From a virus, in the IMG/VR virus record IMGVR_UViG_3300017963_000203, positions 1 to 64,000 of that record: a DNA stretch of 64,000 nucleotides; one strand, written 5' to 3'. The notes beneath the pieces were generated by a model that was not told the origin of the DNA, ran no database searches, and worked only from the letters and a program-made list of their open reading frames with translations. The position numbers were made by a program, and so were the translations under genes. This document shows positions 37,347-46,283 of this stretch, piece by piece (within the stretch, counting starts at the first letter, position 1; each line of letters starts with the position of its first letter).

Positions 37347-37640
37347 CTACTCCAAGCCGAGGAGTTTCCTCGCGATGGGCACCCACTCGTCCGCCGTTTT
37401 CTCGAGCTCGAAGTTGACCCCGGCCTTGAAATTGGGGTCTTCCATGATCTGCTCGACCGGCATGGAGGTGAGCGACGCCACCTTCTGGAGGCCCGGGAAG
37501 ACGTCCTGCACGTCGGCGTCGAGCCGGCCCTGGGCCTCGAGCTCCGCGCCTCGTGCGGAAGCGAGCTTCTCGGGGTCCGCCCCCGTGATGGCGATGAGCT
37601 CCATCTGGAGCCTTTCTTCCGCCGTCATTTCTCCGTTCAT
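37347..37640 (-). CDS. small acidic virion/assembly protein with KxA sites
   Basis: EKLA, QKVA, FKAGVNFELEKTA. Confidence 0.7.
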   Translation of the reverse strand: MNGEMTAEERLQMELIAITGADPEKLASARGAELEAQGRLDADVQDVFPGLQKVASLTSMPVEQIMEDPNFKAGVNFELEKTADEWVPIARKLLGLE

Positions 37641-37649
37641 GGCTTGCTC

Positions 37650-38102
37650 CTATCCAACGTCGATGACCGTGAGGGGAGGCTTCACAACTCTGAAGGAGAT
37701 GGGCTCGTCCATCTTCTTCCGGGCCAGATGCGCTCCCTTCTCCACGAAAGCCTTCCCGGGAGTCCCGGGGAACTGCCATTTCCCTTCAAGGATCGACTTC
37801 AGGGTCACCTTTCGGAAGACCGTCGTTCCTGAGAGTTTTATCGGCACCACCCGGTTTATCAAGTTCCACATGATGCGCGGCCGGCTTCCTTTATCCACCT
37901 CTTCGGCGTACGGAGCCGAAGAAACCACCCGGATTGTTCGGGGACCGATATCCTGTATGGAGATGCTGTCCGCGAGATTCCCTGTGGGGCTCTTGCATAC
38001 ATTCCGAATGGCATCCGAAATCCCCGGCTTGAGCCGCTCCTTGAACTGAGCAATGGCCTCCTCAGAAGCGTCCTCGTCGATAATGATGATGGCCAGTGAC
38101 AT
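37650..38102 (-). CDS. neck/tail-completion protein (HK97 gp10-like)
   Basis: TGNLADSI...PYAEEVDKG, PG..GK.FVE. Confidence 0.55.
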   Translation of the reverse strand: MSLAIIIIDEDASEEAIAQFKERLKPGISDAIRNVCKSPTGNLADSISIQDIGPRTIRVVSSAPYAEEVDKGSRPRIMWNLINRVVPIKLSGTTVFRKVTLKSILEGKWQFPGTPGKAFVEKGAHLARKKMDEPISFRVVKPPLTVIDVG

Positions 38103-38344
38103 CAGTATTTGAGTTTCTTTCTGATGAACGTGGTGATCGCCTTGGGGGGTCGAATCCGCATGGCTTCGGCCCAATCCTTGACAGAACCGGGCCCGGATTC
38201 GTCGTCTGTCTGCGGCTTCACAGCCTCCACTCTGGCCTTGTCCGTTGTGCCTATACCCCGTATAGCCATCTTCTGCGCCTTACGGAGTTTGTCGAGGCTC
38301 ATCTTGACGGAGGCTCTCTGGATTGAATCTCTGAACAGGTTCAT
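38102..38344 (-). CDS. hypothetical protein
   Basis: Coupled at both ends within the operon. Confidence 0.6.
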   Translation of the reverse strand: MNLFRDSIQRASVKMSLDKLRKAQKMAIRGIGTTDKARVEAVKPQTDDESGPGSVKDWAEAMRIRPPKAITTFIRKKLKY

Positions 38345-39261
38345 GCGACCACCACGATGAAATCCACGTCTTCCGGATCCTTTCCCTCCTGATCTTCTTC
38401 AGGCGTCGTTTCGTAGTCCTGGACGACGGGTCGCTGCGCGTACCGCCTGTTGTCTCGCCACTCCCTGATTACGGGGGTCAGGTTAGACGGGATGGGGAGT
38501 TTGTGCTCGATGTCCCCTGTGTTCAGCTCGATCATCTGGAGATCTTGGTGAATCGTGACTCGATGATGCTCCGTCGGAGACACGCTGACCAGGCGCCACC
38601 GCTTCCCCGTGTTCACCTCGTAGATGAGATCCCTGGGGCTTACGATGGGGAGGAAGCTGCACATACCGGTAGTCTGAGAAACCTGACGCAAGGTGTCCCC
38701 TGGCTCATTGACCTTGGCCACAGGATTGATCTTCACCTGGGTCAGGATGGGAGAATAAAAGCCCCCGAGGCGGCCTGTGTTAAAACAGCGCGGGCACGTG
38801 GACGACATGACCTTCTGTAGTACCGGGTCCCAGCAGTCTGGGCACCTTTCGCCCTCTCCACGTCGAACGTAGATCAGGCAGGGTACACCCTCGAAGCGGA
38901 GGGCGATGTCTGTCCTTCTTCGCGTTGCAACCGTTTCAAGAGTAGGTTGCGACGCTACTCCAAATGCCTCGCTCTCGTCAACGCTGCCGTCCGGACTTGT
39001 TACTCGCAGCTTGTAGTAAACCTCCCGCCACTTGTCCCGAATTAGCGCGCCCGAATCCCGGAAATACTGCTGTGTTCCCGGCACGTCTGCGATGGATTCG
39101 AACGGACCTTCGGAAGAGTATCCGCGGAAGACTGTAACGGCCGTCTGATCGAGATCCTCGTTGGTGGGTTGAATCCACCACGACACGATCACCGCCTCTC
39201 GGCTGGCGATTTCCACGAACACTGCGTGCTCGAGTGTCTCGAGTTTATCGATCCTGACCAT
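38341..39261 (-). CDS. head-closure/neck protein with FnIII-like domain and Zn finger
   Basis: VFRG.S.EGPF..IA...YYKLRV; RCPDCWD...CPRCFNTG..GGFY; start may extend to 39333. Confidence 0.55.
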   Translation of the reverse strand: MVRIDKLETLEHAVFVEIASREAVIVSWWIQPTNEDLDQTAVTVFRGYSSEGPFESIADVPGTQQYFRDSGALIRDKWREVYYKLRVTSPDGSVDESEAFGVASQPTLETVATRRRTDIALRFEGVPCLIYVRRGEGERCPDCWDPVLQKVMSSTCPRCFNTGRLGGFYSPILTQVKINPVAKVNEPGDTLRQVSQTTGMCSFLPIVSPRDLIYEVNTGKRWRLVSVSPTEHHRVTIHQDLQMIELNTGDIEHKLPIPSNLTPVIREWRDNRRYAQRPVVQDYETTPEEDQEGKDPEDVDFIVVVA

Positions 39262-39348
39262 GTCACAAGCCACAGGGCGCGCCTCAGCCCAGATACGGAA
39301 GGCCACCTCGGGGAACAGCGGGGTGACGCACAACCTCCGCTGTCAAAC

Positions 39349-39978
39349 TCAATCTCTGGTAAAACTGATCGTAATCTCTATTCCTTCGTCGTCGGCCAAG
39401 GCCTCCCTTGGATCTTCTGTGGCCTTTTTCCACTCCCCAGGGGGTGGGCCAACGGCGTCGTAGATCACAAAATCGCCCTTCACGAAAGCGATCGGACCCG
39501 CGCCGAAGTTGACGGCACCGGCATCCTTGGCGTAGAAGTACTGCTTGTCGGAGCCGACCCCATTCACAAGCGTTGGCGTATTGGTCGAGGCTGCCCAATC
39601 CCCCAAATACCTTCCGGCGCTTCCTTTGTCCGTTCCGAGCCTGATGGGGGTCACTCCCTTCCAGCTCGACAAGTATCTGGGATTGTAGGGCTTCCTGAAA
39701 TAAATGTTGGTCGCTGCCGGATCGGGTGGCACGGGAACCGCGATGCGGACCTGGCCGAGAGGTAGTCTCGATGGAGGCTGGATTACATGCCACGTCCCCA
39801 CTGTCCCGTACCAGCTCCACCACATCCGCTGAAAGGGGGCGCTTCCGCGATGGATCTCTGCGTGCGTACTGCCGGCAATGATCGCCACCAGTGTGTCGTA
39901 CCGAGCGTCGAAAGCCGCCTGCATGTCCGCGTTGGGGTTGCCGAGAACCGTGATGGTGCCTTGCTGCTCCGTAGGCAT
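39349..39978 (-). CDS. virion structural protein, paralog of 39989-40378 with an inserted domain
   Basis: Shares GNP..MQAA, HRGSAP.QRMWWS, RKPYNPR with its neighbour; insert YLGDWAASTNTPTL...GDFVIY. Confidence 0.75.
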   Translation of the reverse strand: MPTEQQGTITVLGNPNADMQAAFDARYDTLVAIIAGSTHAEIHRGSAPFQRMWWSWYGTVGTWHVIQPPSRLPLGQVRIAVPVPPDPAATNIYFRKPYNPRYLSSWKGVTPIRLGTDKGSAGRYLGDWAASTNTPTLVNGVGSDKQYFYAKDAGAVNFGAGPIAFVKGDFVIYDAVGPPPGEWKKATEDPREALADDEGIEITISFTRD

Positions 39979-39988
39979 TCCGCTCTCC

Positions 39989-40378
39989 TTAGTCCTGTGT
40001 GAAGGTCACGACGATCTCGACGATCCTATCGTCCGCCTTCCCACGAAGATCGGAGTAGACAGGAATGAGATCCTTCCGCTCTTCCAGGTGCCGCGGATTG
40101 TACGGCTTTCGAAGATAGAACTTCGTAGCACCGGCGAGAGCGACTCTGAGCGGCCCCATGGGCAGCCGAGAAGGTTCCTGAATCGGGAACCATTCGTTCG
40201 CGAGCCCAGTGAAGCTCCACCACATCCTCTGCCACGGAGCGCTTCCACGATGAACTTCCACGTGTGTGGCACCAGCAGGGATCGTAACCTCGGTGTCGTA
40301 GGTGAGATTCACAGCCGCCTGCATGTTCACGTCCGGATTTCCGTGGACCGAAACGGTCCCTTCGACTTCGACCGGCAT
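39989..40378 (-). CDS. virion structural protein (paralog pair)
   Basis: See paralog; AGGAG RBS. Confidence 0.75.
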   Translation of the reverse strand: MPVEVEGTVSVHGNPDVNMQAAVNLTYDTEVTIPAGATHVEVHRGSAPWQRMWWSFTGLANEWFPIQEPSRLPMGPLRVALAGATKFYLRKPYNPRHLEERKDLIPVYSDLRGKADDRIVEIVVTFTQD

Positions 40379-40388
40379 GGGCCTTCTC

Positions 40389-40898
40389 CTATACGATCAC
40401 CGAGATGAACCCCGTTCCTCCGACCCTGTAGCCGTCCCAGAGTTCCGAGGGGACGACTCCCCAGGCGAGATCGCAGTTCTGGTTAATTTTAAGTTCCTTG
40501 ACGAGCTTGTCGAACCCGTTGCCTGCGTCCCCTCCGCGCAATCTGGCGATCGTGGTGTTGTAGAACTGCCACTTGTCGTTGATCATCTTCCGCACGTTTC
40601 CATCCGTCACATCCAGCATGTTCCGCTGCATTCGGATGGACACGGAGGTGAGGGTCCTGGCCGCCGCTTCATCGACGACCAGAAGGGCTTGGGGACCGGT
40701 GAGACTTTCGATGGAGATGTCCAGGCCCGGGCCGCTGGGCTCGATGAGGTTGTACCGATGAACGGCGTCCACGAGCATCTCAGCCAGAAAGGTGTCCGGA
40801 GACTCCTCCGTCTCGATGAGCTCGTTGGCCTCCTTGTAGTCCTGGAGAAAGCGTCGAAGCTTTCCCACGAGGCTCACGGGGACCTTGTATTCCGGCAT
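40389..40898 (-). CDS. head-tail adaptor (putative)
   Basis: LRRFLQDY.EAN.LI, RN.L..TDG pattern; downstream of the capsid gene. Confidence 0.55.
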   Translation of the reverse strand: MPEYKVPVSLVGKLRRFLQDYKEANELIETEESPDTFLAEMLVDAVHRYNLIEPSGPGLDISIESLTGPQALLVVDEAAARTLTSVSIRMQRNMLDVTDGNVRKMINDKWQFYNTTIARLRGGDAGNGFDKLVKELKINQNCDLAWGVVPSELWDGYRVGGTGFISVIV

Positions 40899-41494
40899 CA
40901 GAACATCTCCATCAGATCGTCAGCCGCGCTCTTCTTGGCCGGAGCTTTCTTCTTGGCTGGAGCTTTCTTCCCCACCTTCTTCGGAGGCCTGTTGGCGATT
41001 CTCTTCCGCTTCTTCTCTTTCTTGGAAGCGGCCTTCGGCTTCTCCTCGGACTTCTTGGGGATCTCCACCGTCACGACAGCCTCTTCCGCAGGAACCTCGG
41101 GCTTGTCCGTGACCTTGACTGTGGTGGGCTCCCGGTCCAGAGGCTTCTCCTTGGCCTCCATCTTGGCCGCCATGACCCCGGCCTGGACGATCCTGGGCTC
41201 GGCGCCGGTGTCGTCCAGAGCGTAGCCTGGCGGGACCCTCACGTCGAATCCGGGCACGCGCAAGATCTGCGGATTCACGCCGATGACCTCCTTGGCCACC
41301 GAATCGGGAACCATGGCTCCGATGTTGATGATCAAGCCGTCGGGGCCGACAACCAGGAACCTGTCCCCGTATCGCCGGCGCTCGTCCGGAAGGATGTCGT
41401 CCAGGCGCGTCTTCACGGACGTGCCCGGCTTGAACCTCCGGATTTGGAGGTTCAGCGGCCCTTCCCCGTAATAGGTGATCTGTGCGGTTTTCAC
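40898..41494 (-). CDS. hypothetical protein with Lys-rich C-terminus
   Basis: AAGGAGG RBS before GTG; KKAPAKKKAPAKK. Confidence 0.7.
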   Translation of the reverse strand: MKTAQITYYGEGPLNLQIRRFKPGTSVKTRLDDILPDERRRYGDRFLVVGPDGLIINIGAMVPDSVAKEVIGVNPQILRVPGFDVRVPPGYALDDTGAEPRIVQAGVMAAKMEAKEKPLDREPTTVKVTDKPEVPAEEAVVTVEIPKKSEEKPKAASKKEKKRKRIANRPPKKVGKKAPAKKKAPAKKSAADDLMEMF

Positions 41495-42750
41495 GACGCC
41501 TCCTTTGATCTCCTCGTGAGATGAGCGAATTGAATCGAGCCACTCAGGAGTCCCTTCGCCTTTGGGACATCCGTCGTGCGTTTCTTGCCCGATACAAGTT
41601 TACGCCCGGTCTCGAGACGAAGGAACGGATTCTTTCTGAGGACCGGGCTTTTCTTCACGTTGGGATCCAGAAGCATCTTCGCGCCGGCGGCAAACTTGTC
41701 GAGGTACGATGCCTTCTTCTCCTGGCCCGTTCTTCGACGACCCTGGAGCCACTGCTGGATCTTACGACCGAGCAGCGCGCCCCCAATCGTGCCGCCCAGG
41801 GCGCCAATCCCAGGAGCGATTCCTGACGCTCCGGACATGCCTCGACGTGCGAGCGCGTCACCGACAGCACTCCCGGCAAGGCCGCCACCGATCATCCCTG
41901 CTGGAGCGAGGGCTGCACCCGGAAGACCTCCGACAGCGCCACCGCCACCAGCACCCAGGCCGAGGAGCATCATCAGTTCGATGAGCGTGAAGCCCTTCTT
42001 CTCGAGCTCGTCCTCGAAACCTTGCAGGAAGGCGGTCTTCTTCATCCTTCCGAATCTCCTCACGCGCGTCGTCTTCTCGATCATCACACCGCTGGGCGTG
42101 GGCTTGAATTCGGACTTGAGGGTCTCCCATCCCTCATTTCGAGGGCCCAAAGCGATGTCCTTGTCGCTGAATTTCTGTCCCCTGAAAACCCTGGCCACCT
42201 CCTCCTCAGACCCCTGTTTCTTCATGCGCTCGATGTCCTTCGTGTCCTTCTCGCGCCCCATTCTACGCTTGAAGTCCAGGGTCGTGGGAACGTCCCAGTG
42301 CTTGAGGCCGCGAAGCGTGGTCGTGGGCACGTTGCTGAAGTCACGACCACCGACGTACCACCGACCGGTGAAGACGGTGATCGGGCCGTAGTTGGTCCTG
42401 ATGGTGAGCATGGGGGAGCCGATTGGACTCCGCCCCGGGACTGCGCCGGGAAAGGAGGACATCTTCTTGAACGCTTCCTCCGGTACCTGAACGTCGAGAT
42501 CGTTGATCTCTCGCAGGCCCAAAGCGCCGAGGAGTGCGCTCCCCCCCAGGACCACATCGCTCTTCGGGACGCCGGCATGAGCCAGGATGCGCTCGAGCAT
42601 GGCCGTAAGCTGGATGTACTTCGTCGCCTGGCCCTTCTTCTCCATGCGCCTTCTCCGTCGTCGCTTGGGGATGATCTTCCGGACAGCCTGCATCATGTCC
42701 TGGGCCGTGTCCGGGTCGAACCGTCGCCGATGCTTCGGGTATCGTGGCAT
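41491..42750 (-). CDS. modular virion polyprotein: nucleotidyltransferase domain + pilin-like/glycine-zipper segment
   Basis: GGSALL...REINDLDV and GREKDTKD NTase motifs (42211-42630); AFLQGFEDELEKKG|FTLIELMMLL; modules bounded by Kx[AG]. Confidence 0.75.
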   Translation of the reverse strand: MPRYPKHRRRFDPDTAQDMMQAVRKIIPKRRRRRRMEKKGQATKYIQLTAMLERILAHAGVPKSDVVLGGSALLGALGLREINDLDVQVPEEAFKKMSSFPGAVPGRSPIGSPMLTIRTNYGPITVFTGRWYVGGRDFSNVPTTTLRGLKHWDVPTTLDFKRRMGREKDTKDIERMKKQGSEEEVARVFRGQKFSDKDIALGPRNEGWETLKSEFKPTPSGVMIEKTTRVRRFGRMKKTAFLQGFEDELEKKGFTLIELMMLLGLGAGGGGAVGGLPGAALAPAGMIGGGLAGSAVGDALARRGMSGASGIAPGIGALGGTIGGALLGRKIQQWLQGRRRTGQEKKASYLDKFAAGAKMLLDPNVKKSPVLRKNPFLRLETGRKLVSGKKRTTDVPKAKGLLSGSIQFAHLTRRSKEAS

Positions 42751-42765
42751 GGCCGATCTCCGACG

Positions 42766-42805
42766 AAAAAGCCCCACCCGCCTCAGAGCCGGGCGGATGG
42801 GGCTC
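42766..42805 (-). terminator. terminator after the major capsid gene
   Basis: AGCCCCATCCGCC...GGCGGGTGGGGCT-TTTT on the - strand. Confidence 0.75.
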
Positions 42806-42837
42806 TCTCAGTTATCGTGGGCAGCTCGCCTCGTGGC

Positions 42838-44028
42838 TTACACCACGGCCGGCAGCGCCGCCTGGAGGTTGTCGTTGATGATGGTGAAGTTCCCGGCCGA
42901 GGCCGTGACGCCCGCGGGCGTCTGGAACGTCACCGGCAACGTCATCCTGGCTCCCTTGAGCAGGATGGCGCCGAGGGCGCGGATGTTGCCGAAGCCGGCC
43001 CCGACGTCCTCCCAGGCCTCCATCTCGATCCAGCGGCTCCGCTTGTCGATGAAGAACTTGGTGTTCTCCAGGACCATGAAGCGGCCGATGAACTCGGGGG
43101 CCGGGAACACGTAGATGACGCCCGGCTCGACGAGGTCGTCGTTGTCCCGGATCGTGGTCACGAAGGTGTAGCCGCCCACGGTCGTGTACTTGTACCCGTC
43201 GCGGACGATCTCGCTCGTGATCTCGAGGCCGGCCTCCGTCAGCGACCACGCGACGGTGTCGGTCCAGGTGACCTCGTGGAGGAGGAAGGTACGCGCCTTC
43301 TGCTGGCGCGCGGCGGGGATCTTCACGAGGTCCTTCAGGACCACGCGGTTCCAGTCGTCCTCGTCGGAGAGGATGATGTTGGAGTAGATCGCGTCCGCCC
43401 GGTTGAGGTTGGCCGTGGGAATCGGGGCCCACGCGCCGGCGCCCTTGGCCCTCTGGAAGAGGAAGCGCATGAACTCGGCCTGATCGCCGAAGTTCCTCGT
43501 GCCGCCGGCGACGACGCCGCGCTGCACGAGCTTGTTGTAGTTGTACCGGGTGCCCAGGAAAAGCCCCGACTTCACGTGCTGCATGAACGTGAAGTCCTCC
43601 TGCTCCTGGATGTCCTTGGCGATGTTCTGCTCCAGGATCTTGGTGAGGGGCATGCGGTAGGAGCGGAGCTCCTGCTCGGACTTGATGATCTTGTCCGAGG
43701 AGATCGTGTGAAACACGATCTTGTACCGCGGAGCCTGGATGTAGGTCTTCTCCGGCTCGCCGCGCCAGTTGATGTGCATGGCGATGGAATCCGGCTCGAG
43801 GTCGTCGATGTACTCGAGACCTTCGTCCTCGATCCTCCGCTGGCACTCCTTCTCCGTCACGACCTTCGGAGGCAGGATCTTGCGGCAGAAAGCGTTCTCA
43901 CGGAGCTTCTGCTGGATGTACAGGCCGCTGGCCTGTCCGAGCTTCGTGAGCGCCTCGCCGCCGACCTCGAGGGTCTGCCCGAACAGCGTGTTGAACTGCT
44001 CGGCGTTGAACGCGCCCGTATCCGACAT
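42838..44028 (-). CDS. major capsid protein
   Basis: 396 aa, strongest codon bias, AGGAGG RBS, KLRENAFCRKILPP, DIQEQED..F, own terminator; follows protease/scaffold genes. Confidence 0.8.
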   Translation of the reverse strand: MSDTGAFNAEQFNTLFGQTLEVGGEALTKLGQASGLYIQQKLRENAFCRKILPPKVVTEKECQRRIEDEGLEYIDDLEPDSIAMHINWRGEPEKTYIQAPRYKIVFHTISSDKIIKSEQELRSYRMPLTKILEQNIAKDIQEQEDFTFMQHVKSGLFLGTRYNYNKLVQRGVVAGGTRNFGDQAEFMRFLFQRAKGAGAWAPIPTANLNRADAIYSNIILSDEDDWNRVVLKDLVKIPAARQQKARTFLLHEVTWTDTVAWSLTEAGLEITSEIVRDGYKYTTVGGYTFVTTIRDNDDLVEPGVIYVFPAPEFIGRFMVLENTKFFIDKRSRWIEMEAWEDVGAGFGNIRALGAILLKGARMTLPVTFQTPAGVTASAGNFTIINDNLQAALPAVV

Positions 44029-44092
44029 GTCAGTTCCTCCTATTGAGAACCTTTCTCCCGGAACCCTACTTCACCGTCGAGACAATCGCGGC

Positions 44093-44623
44093 TTAGTACT
44101 GGGTGCCGATGGAGTTGTACATGAAGAAGATGGTGTCTCCCCTGAGCTTGGTGATCACGCCGAAGCTGACCTTGCCGCCGATGGCGCCCGCCGCCACGGC
44201 CTGGGGCTTCCCGTGGTCCGCGGCCGGAGCCGCGTTCGGGGTGATCGTGACGTGCTTGCCCACGGCCGGATCGTTGGCCGGGGACGCCGCCACGTACCAG
44301 CGATCGAGCGGGATGGCCAGCTCGATGCCGCCGCCCTGGATGCCCGAGAGACCGCCGGCCAGGAGAGCCTGGTTGGGCGCGCTCGGGTCGAACGGATCCG
44401 TCTGCGAGTCCTGGGCGGACGGCGCGCTCGACACCAGGAAGTTGACGTAGGCGACGAGGTCGTTCTCGTCGGCGAGGCGCGCGTAGCCCGTGGTGTCGTG
44501 GGTCACGAAACGCCCTTCCTCGACCGTCGAGGTCAGATCACGCCAGTTCAGCTTCTCGAAGTTGAAGGAGCTGAACTTCGCGTTGATCGTGACGATCGAC
44601 TCGCTCTTTCTCTCCTGAGTCAT
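44093..44623 (-). CDS. capsid decoration/cement protein (putative)
   Basis: Immediately upstream of the capsid gene; beta-rich; high codon bias. Confidence 0.55.
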   Translation of the reverse strand: MTQERKSESIVTINAKFSSFNFEKLNWRDLTSTVEEGRFVTHDTTGYARLADENDLVAYVNFLVSSAPSAQDSQTDPFDPSAPNQALLAGGLSGIQGGGIELAIPLDRWYVAASPANDPAVGKHVTITPNAAPAADHGKPQAVAAGAIGGKVSFGVITKLRGDTIFFMYNSIGTQY

Positions 44624-44645
44624 GGCTTTTCACTCCTTCTGATTT

Positions 44646-45035
44646 CTACCCGATGACACCCCGATCGAGGAGATCGCTGAAGCAATCCGCAATCGGGTTT
44701 TTGCCACCGCTCTTGGGCTGTGACTCGGACACCGGTTCTCCCAGACGGGTCTCGAAACGATCGATCCCCAGTTCGTGTGCCGATTTGGTGACTTGAAACC
44801 TCATGGGATCGGCCATGAACTCCGCGACCTTGTCAGTCGCATCGTTCGGGTCGATCTGGCCTTCGGCGATGAGTTGCAGCACGCCCTTTGTGATCTCCAG
44901 TTCCTGTTGAATGGCTGCCACCTTTTCCATCGCCTCCTGGGCCTTCTCTTCGGCGGTCTTGACCAGGACTTCCTGATTCCTCAGTTTGTCCCGAATCCTC
45001 GCCGCCACCTCCGTATCCAGAACGACTTTGCCCAT
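44646..45035 (-). CDS. scaffolding-like coiled-coil protein
   Basis: VKTA, EKVA, TKSA; helical; head module. Confidence 0.55.
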   Translation of the reverse strand: MGKVVLDTEVAARIRDKLRNQEVLVKTAEEKAQEAMEKVAAIQQELEITKGVLQLIAEGQIDPNDATDKVAEFMADPMRFQVTKSAHELGIDRFETRLGEPVSESQPKSGGKNPIADCFSDLLDRGVIG

Positions 45036-45036
45036 C

Positions 45037-45279
45037 TCACGGTTCCAGTGAGACCAGGGCGTCGAGAGCCGCAAGCCATCCGGCCATTGTCAGGTCCTCA
45101 CGACGCTCCAGGTACGCCTTCTTTTCCAGCCCCCGCTGAACCTCGGAGTTCCCCATGGCGTCCGTCAGCGACCCGATGACCTCGTCGAGATCGGGGTCCG
45201 CCTGTGCTTCCTTCCGGAAGCGCTCCCTGGACCGGGCTTTGATCTGGTCCAGGGCTGACTGAACAGCCGCAACGTCCAA
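45037..45279 (-). CDS. small head-assembly protein
   Basis: TTG start after GGAGG; RKEA, EKKA. Confidence 0.6.
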   Translation of the reverse strand: MDVAAVQSALDQIKARSRERFRKEAQADPDLDEVIGSLTDAMGNSEVQRGLEKKAYLERREDLTMAGWLAALDALVSLEP

Positions 45280-45282
45280 GGG

Positions 45283-45756
45283 TTACTCCTCCTCGGCGGA
45301 TTCCTCGCCGAGCTCGAGCAGGATGTTGGCCGCCAAGCGGCCGAGCTGCTCGGATTCCTCGTCCGAGGCGACCTTCTCCAGGTCCTCCTCGGAGATGCCC
45401 GCCATCTGGAGGGCCTCGCCCGCGAGGGCGCCGAGCTCCGCGAGCTCTTCGGCGGCTTCCTTGGAGAGCTCTTCTTCGCCCTCCTCGACGCCCGCCGTCT
45501 TCTCCTCGCCCCCTTCGGGCTCGGAGTGCGCCGCGATGTGCTCTTCGACCAGTTGGGCCGCGGCCGACAGCATGCCCGAGTCGGACATGGGGGCCACCTC
45601 GCCGTTGGCCTCGGCCACCTTCAGCAGGTCGACAGCCTCGTCGAGGAGCTGCTGGCGGAGCTCGTCGCCTTCGTACGCGGCTTCGATGGCCGCGAGCTTG
45701 ACGTTGAACTCCTGCTGGTCCAGGGCCTGGACGATGTCGCTGAGTCTCGTCTCCAT
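45283..45756 (-). CDS. acidic scaffold/core protein
   Basis: Very acidic; VKLA, LKVA, EKTA, SKEA, EKVA. Confidence 0.65.
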   Translation of the reverse strand: METRLSDIVQALDQQEFNVKLAAIEAAYEGDELRQQLLDEAVDLLKVAEANGEVAPMSDSGMLSAAAQLVEEHIAAHSEPEGGEEKTAGVEEGEEELSKEAAEELAELGALAGEALQMAGISEEDLEKVASDEESEQLGRLAANILLELGEESAEEE

Positions 45757-45850
45757 CTCGTTCTTCCTCCTGGATGTCTTTCGGTCACTCCTCGACTGTT
45801 CGAGGAGAGTCTCACACCGGGCGAACGGAGATCAATCCCGGGAAGGCGAC

Positions 45851-46270
45851 TTAGCCTCCGCGGGTCTCCGCCGGGTTCGGGTTCTTGGACTGCGGGGGAG
45901 CCACCGCGCCGTAGGTCACGTTGGGGTTGGCCCCCTCGATCTTCTTCTCGGTGACCCCGCCGCCCCCGGTCTCGCCGATCGTGGCGCCGGCCGGCCCCGC
46001 GCCGTGGCGCTCCTGGACCTTCTTGGCCACGTTCTTGAAGACCGACTGGTCGTTTTCGGGGTTGGCCTGGGAAGACTCGACGGTGCCGCCTTCGGCCGCC
46101 GTCTTCTTGAGTTCCGCGACGAAGCCCTTGGCGAACATGCGCCCGCCGGCGAAGAGGTCTTCCGCGACCTTCATCATGGGATCGTCGGCCTTGCCGGCGG
46201 AAGCGTTCTTCTCCAGGCTCCCGTCGGTCTCGAGTTCCTCGAGCAGACTGTCGATGTTGATGCCGTTCAT
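45851..46270 (-). CDS. head core protein with tag
   Basis: LEKNA, MKVA, MFAKGFVAELKKTA. Confidence 0.7.
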   Translation of the reverse strand: MNGINIDSLLEELETDGSLEKNASAGKADDPMMKVAEDLFAGGRMFAKGFVAELKKTAAEGGTVESSQANPENDQSVFKNVAKKVQERHGAGPAGATIGETGGGGVTEKKIEGANPNVTYGAVAPPQSKNPNPAETRGG

Positions 46271-46283
46271 GTCGAACGCTCCT

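Noticed and set aside
45757-45850. Ribozyme in the intergenic hairpin CTCCTCGA-ACAG-TCGAGGAG
   Set aside because: No hammerhead/HDV core recognised; at most an mRNA stability or translation hairpin
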